A stretch of DNA of 9,662 nucleotides from Octopus sinensis (taxonomy: Eukaryota), in assembly GCF_006345805.1 (NCBI RefSeq), contig NW_021827886.1, positions 1 through 9,662 of the forward strand. Direction: 5' to 3'. The position numbers and the translations under genes were made by a program. Below the pieces are notes generated by a model. That model saw only the letters and a list, made by a program, of their open reading frames with translations. It had not been told where the DNA came from and did no database searches. Shown here piece after piece: positions 8,436 to 9,662 of this stretch (position 1 is the stretch's first letter; each line of letters opens with the position of its first letter).

Positions 8436-8606
8436 GTGATTTCAGAGAAATTTCGCTATTATTTCTAATAGATTGAATGACCGTACAAAGGCTCCCTTGT
8501 CGACTCGCTAGAAAGAGTACTGGTAATGACGGTGTTCTTACCTTGCCCAAGTGTAATTGTGCCGAGTAGAGGAACTAAAATTGCAGCTAGGAAAGTATAC
8601 AATATT

Positions 8607-8741
8607 CTTTTCTACTCTAGGTACAAGGCCCGAAATGGGGGGGGGCAGTCGATTAGATCGATCCCAGTAAGCATCTGGTACTTAATTTATCGACCCCGAA
8701 AGAATGAAAAGCAAAGGCGACCTCGGCGGAATTTGAACTCG
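8607..8741 (-). mobile_element. 5'-truncated tRNA-derived Deu/Nin-domain SINE with a perfect 17-bp TSD
   Basis: GGAAAGTATACAATATT at 8590-8606 and 8742-8758. The minus strand starts at the B box CGAGTTCAAATTCC and contains GCTTTTCATTCTTTCGGGGTCGATAAATTAAGTACC, which matches the Deu-domain motif GCCTTTCATCCTTYCGRGGTCGATAAAATRAGTACC as I recall it. Confidence 0.85.
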
Positions 8742-9169
8742 GGAAAGTATACAATATTAGAAATAACGTCGTCCAACGAAACTTCTACGCAGTCACTCGA
8801 TCTGCCAGAGATAACAACTAAATCTCTTTTAAATCAAATTGTGGAGTCTTAGAAAAATGAAAAATAAGTGTGTAACACAAACGTAGATATACTTTCTATA
8901 AAAACGGAGTTTATCCAAACCGGACCAAAAATTTCAGGTTTATTTGTCGAAGGTTGTTCATCGTTCGTTCCTCATTGCTCATAACAGAGCGACCTGAAAA
9001 AGGGGAGGTGTGAACAAAAGCATGTGAAAAAATACGCAATGGTTGCAGAAAGCTAAGATTACAATTATATACTTCCAATAAATCATGTTAGATGATAACA
9101 CAATCTGCTTATCTTTCGCCCATAGCTCACACAGCACACTCAGTCCCATTACTTTTCATTCAGACCTCG

Positions 9170-9350
9170 TATATGTGTGTATGTGTACGACGGGCTTCCT
9201 TTAGTTTCCGTCTACCAAATCCACTCACAAGGCTTTGGTTCGACCCGAGACAATAGTAGAAGACACTTGTCCAAGGTGTCACGCTGCGGGACCGAAGCCG
9301 GAACCATGTGATTGGGAAGCAAGCTTCTTACCACACAACCACGCTTGCGC
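9170..9350 (-). mobile_element. tRNA-derived SINE, 5' half (head and body up to the internal microsatellite)
   Basis: Minus strand has an A-box-like TGGTTGTGTGG, a degenerate B box GGCTTCGGTCCC, then GTGACACCTTGGACAAGTGTCTT (resembles the start of the CORE domain) and ends in a (TA/CA) tract. It matches an abundant octopus SINE as I recall it. Confidence 0.8.
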
Positions 9351-9354
9351 ACTT

Positions 9355-9465
9355 CTTTTTATTGGCCTCCAAAGGAAGTTAGCCACAGCAAGGTTTGAAC
9401 TCAGTATTGGAAGAGATACTGTGAAGCATTTTAACCGACTGTTCTAACGAATCTGCCAATTAGCT
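9355..9465 (-). mobile_element. Degraded head of a Deu-type SINE (same family as 829-948 and 8607-8741)
   Basis: A-box-like TGGCAGATTCG and B-box-like GAGTTCAAAC on the minus strand, collinear with the other two copies. Confidence 0.55.
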
Positions 9466-9662
9466 AACTTGCTTAGGATGAAATCTAAAATGAAAGAAAA
9501 TTACAAACATTCAACTCTTGGACTTTTGTTTTTTGTGTTTTTTTTAATTTCTTTTGAGGGGAGGGGTTGGGAGTCGTTAAGACTAATGAAAATTGTTGGG
9601 CTACACTTTAGGAGACTTATACATGCCTATAGGTTTCTCCTTTAGTGATCTACTAAAAAAAA

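Noticed and set aside
3734-9447. Remaining short ORFs (3734-4045, 3868-4062, 4761-4967, 7462-7656, 8157-8399, 8368-8550, 8526-8852, 9235-9447)
   Set aside because: No recognisable domains. Several run through SINE sequence, and their lengths are within chance expectation.

Overview
AT-rich eukaryotic non-coding DNA made up mostly of interspersed repeats and microsatellites. I find no intact protein-coding gene; most ORFs in the track come from simple repeats. The repeat families and the (TACA)n/(CAT)n arrays resemble what I recall from octopus (cephalopod) genomes, which is inference from memory and not a database result. Recognisable elements are an internally deleted mariner with TIRs and TA TSD (1011-1563), a decayed 3' end of a CR1/L2-group LINE (~1860-2545), several tRNA-derived SINE pieces (one with a perfect 17-bp TSD) and a ~1.85-kb C/A-rich compound repeat. 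The best observation is a 294-bp minus-strand retroposon at 5146-5439 flanked by a 13-bp TSD (12/13 identical). It joins a 5' hairpin, a tRNA-type Pol III promoter, an (AAT)n spacer, a minimal Penelope-type type I hammerhead ribozyme and a short tandem-repeat tail, making it a candidate ribozyme-carrying SINE or retrozyme.
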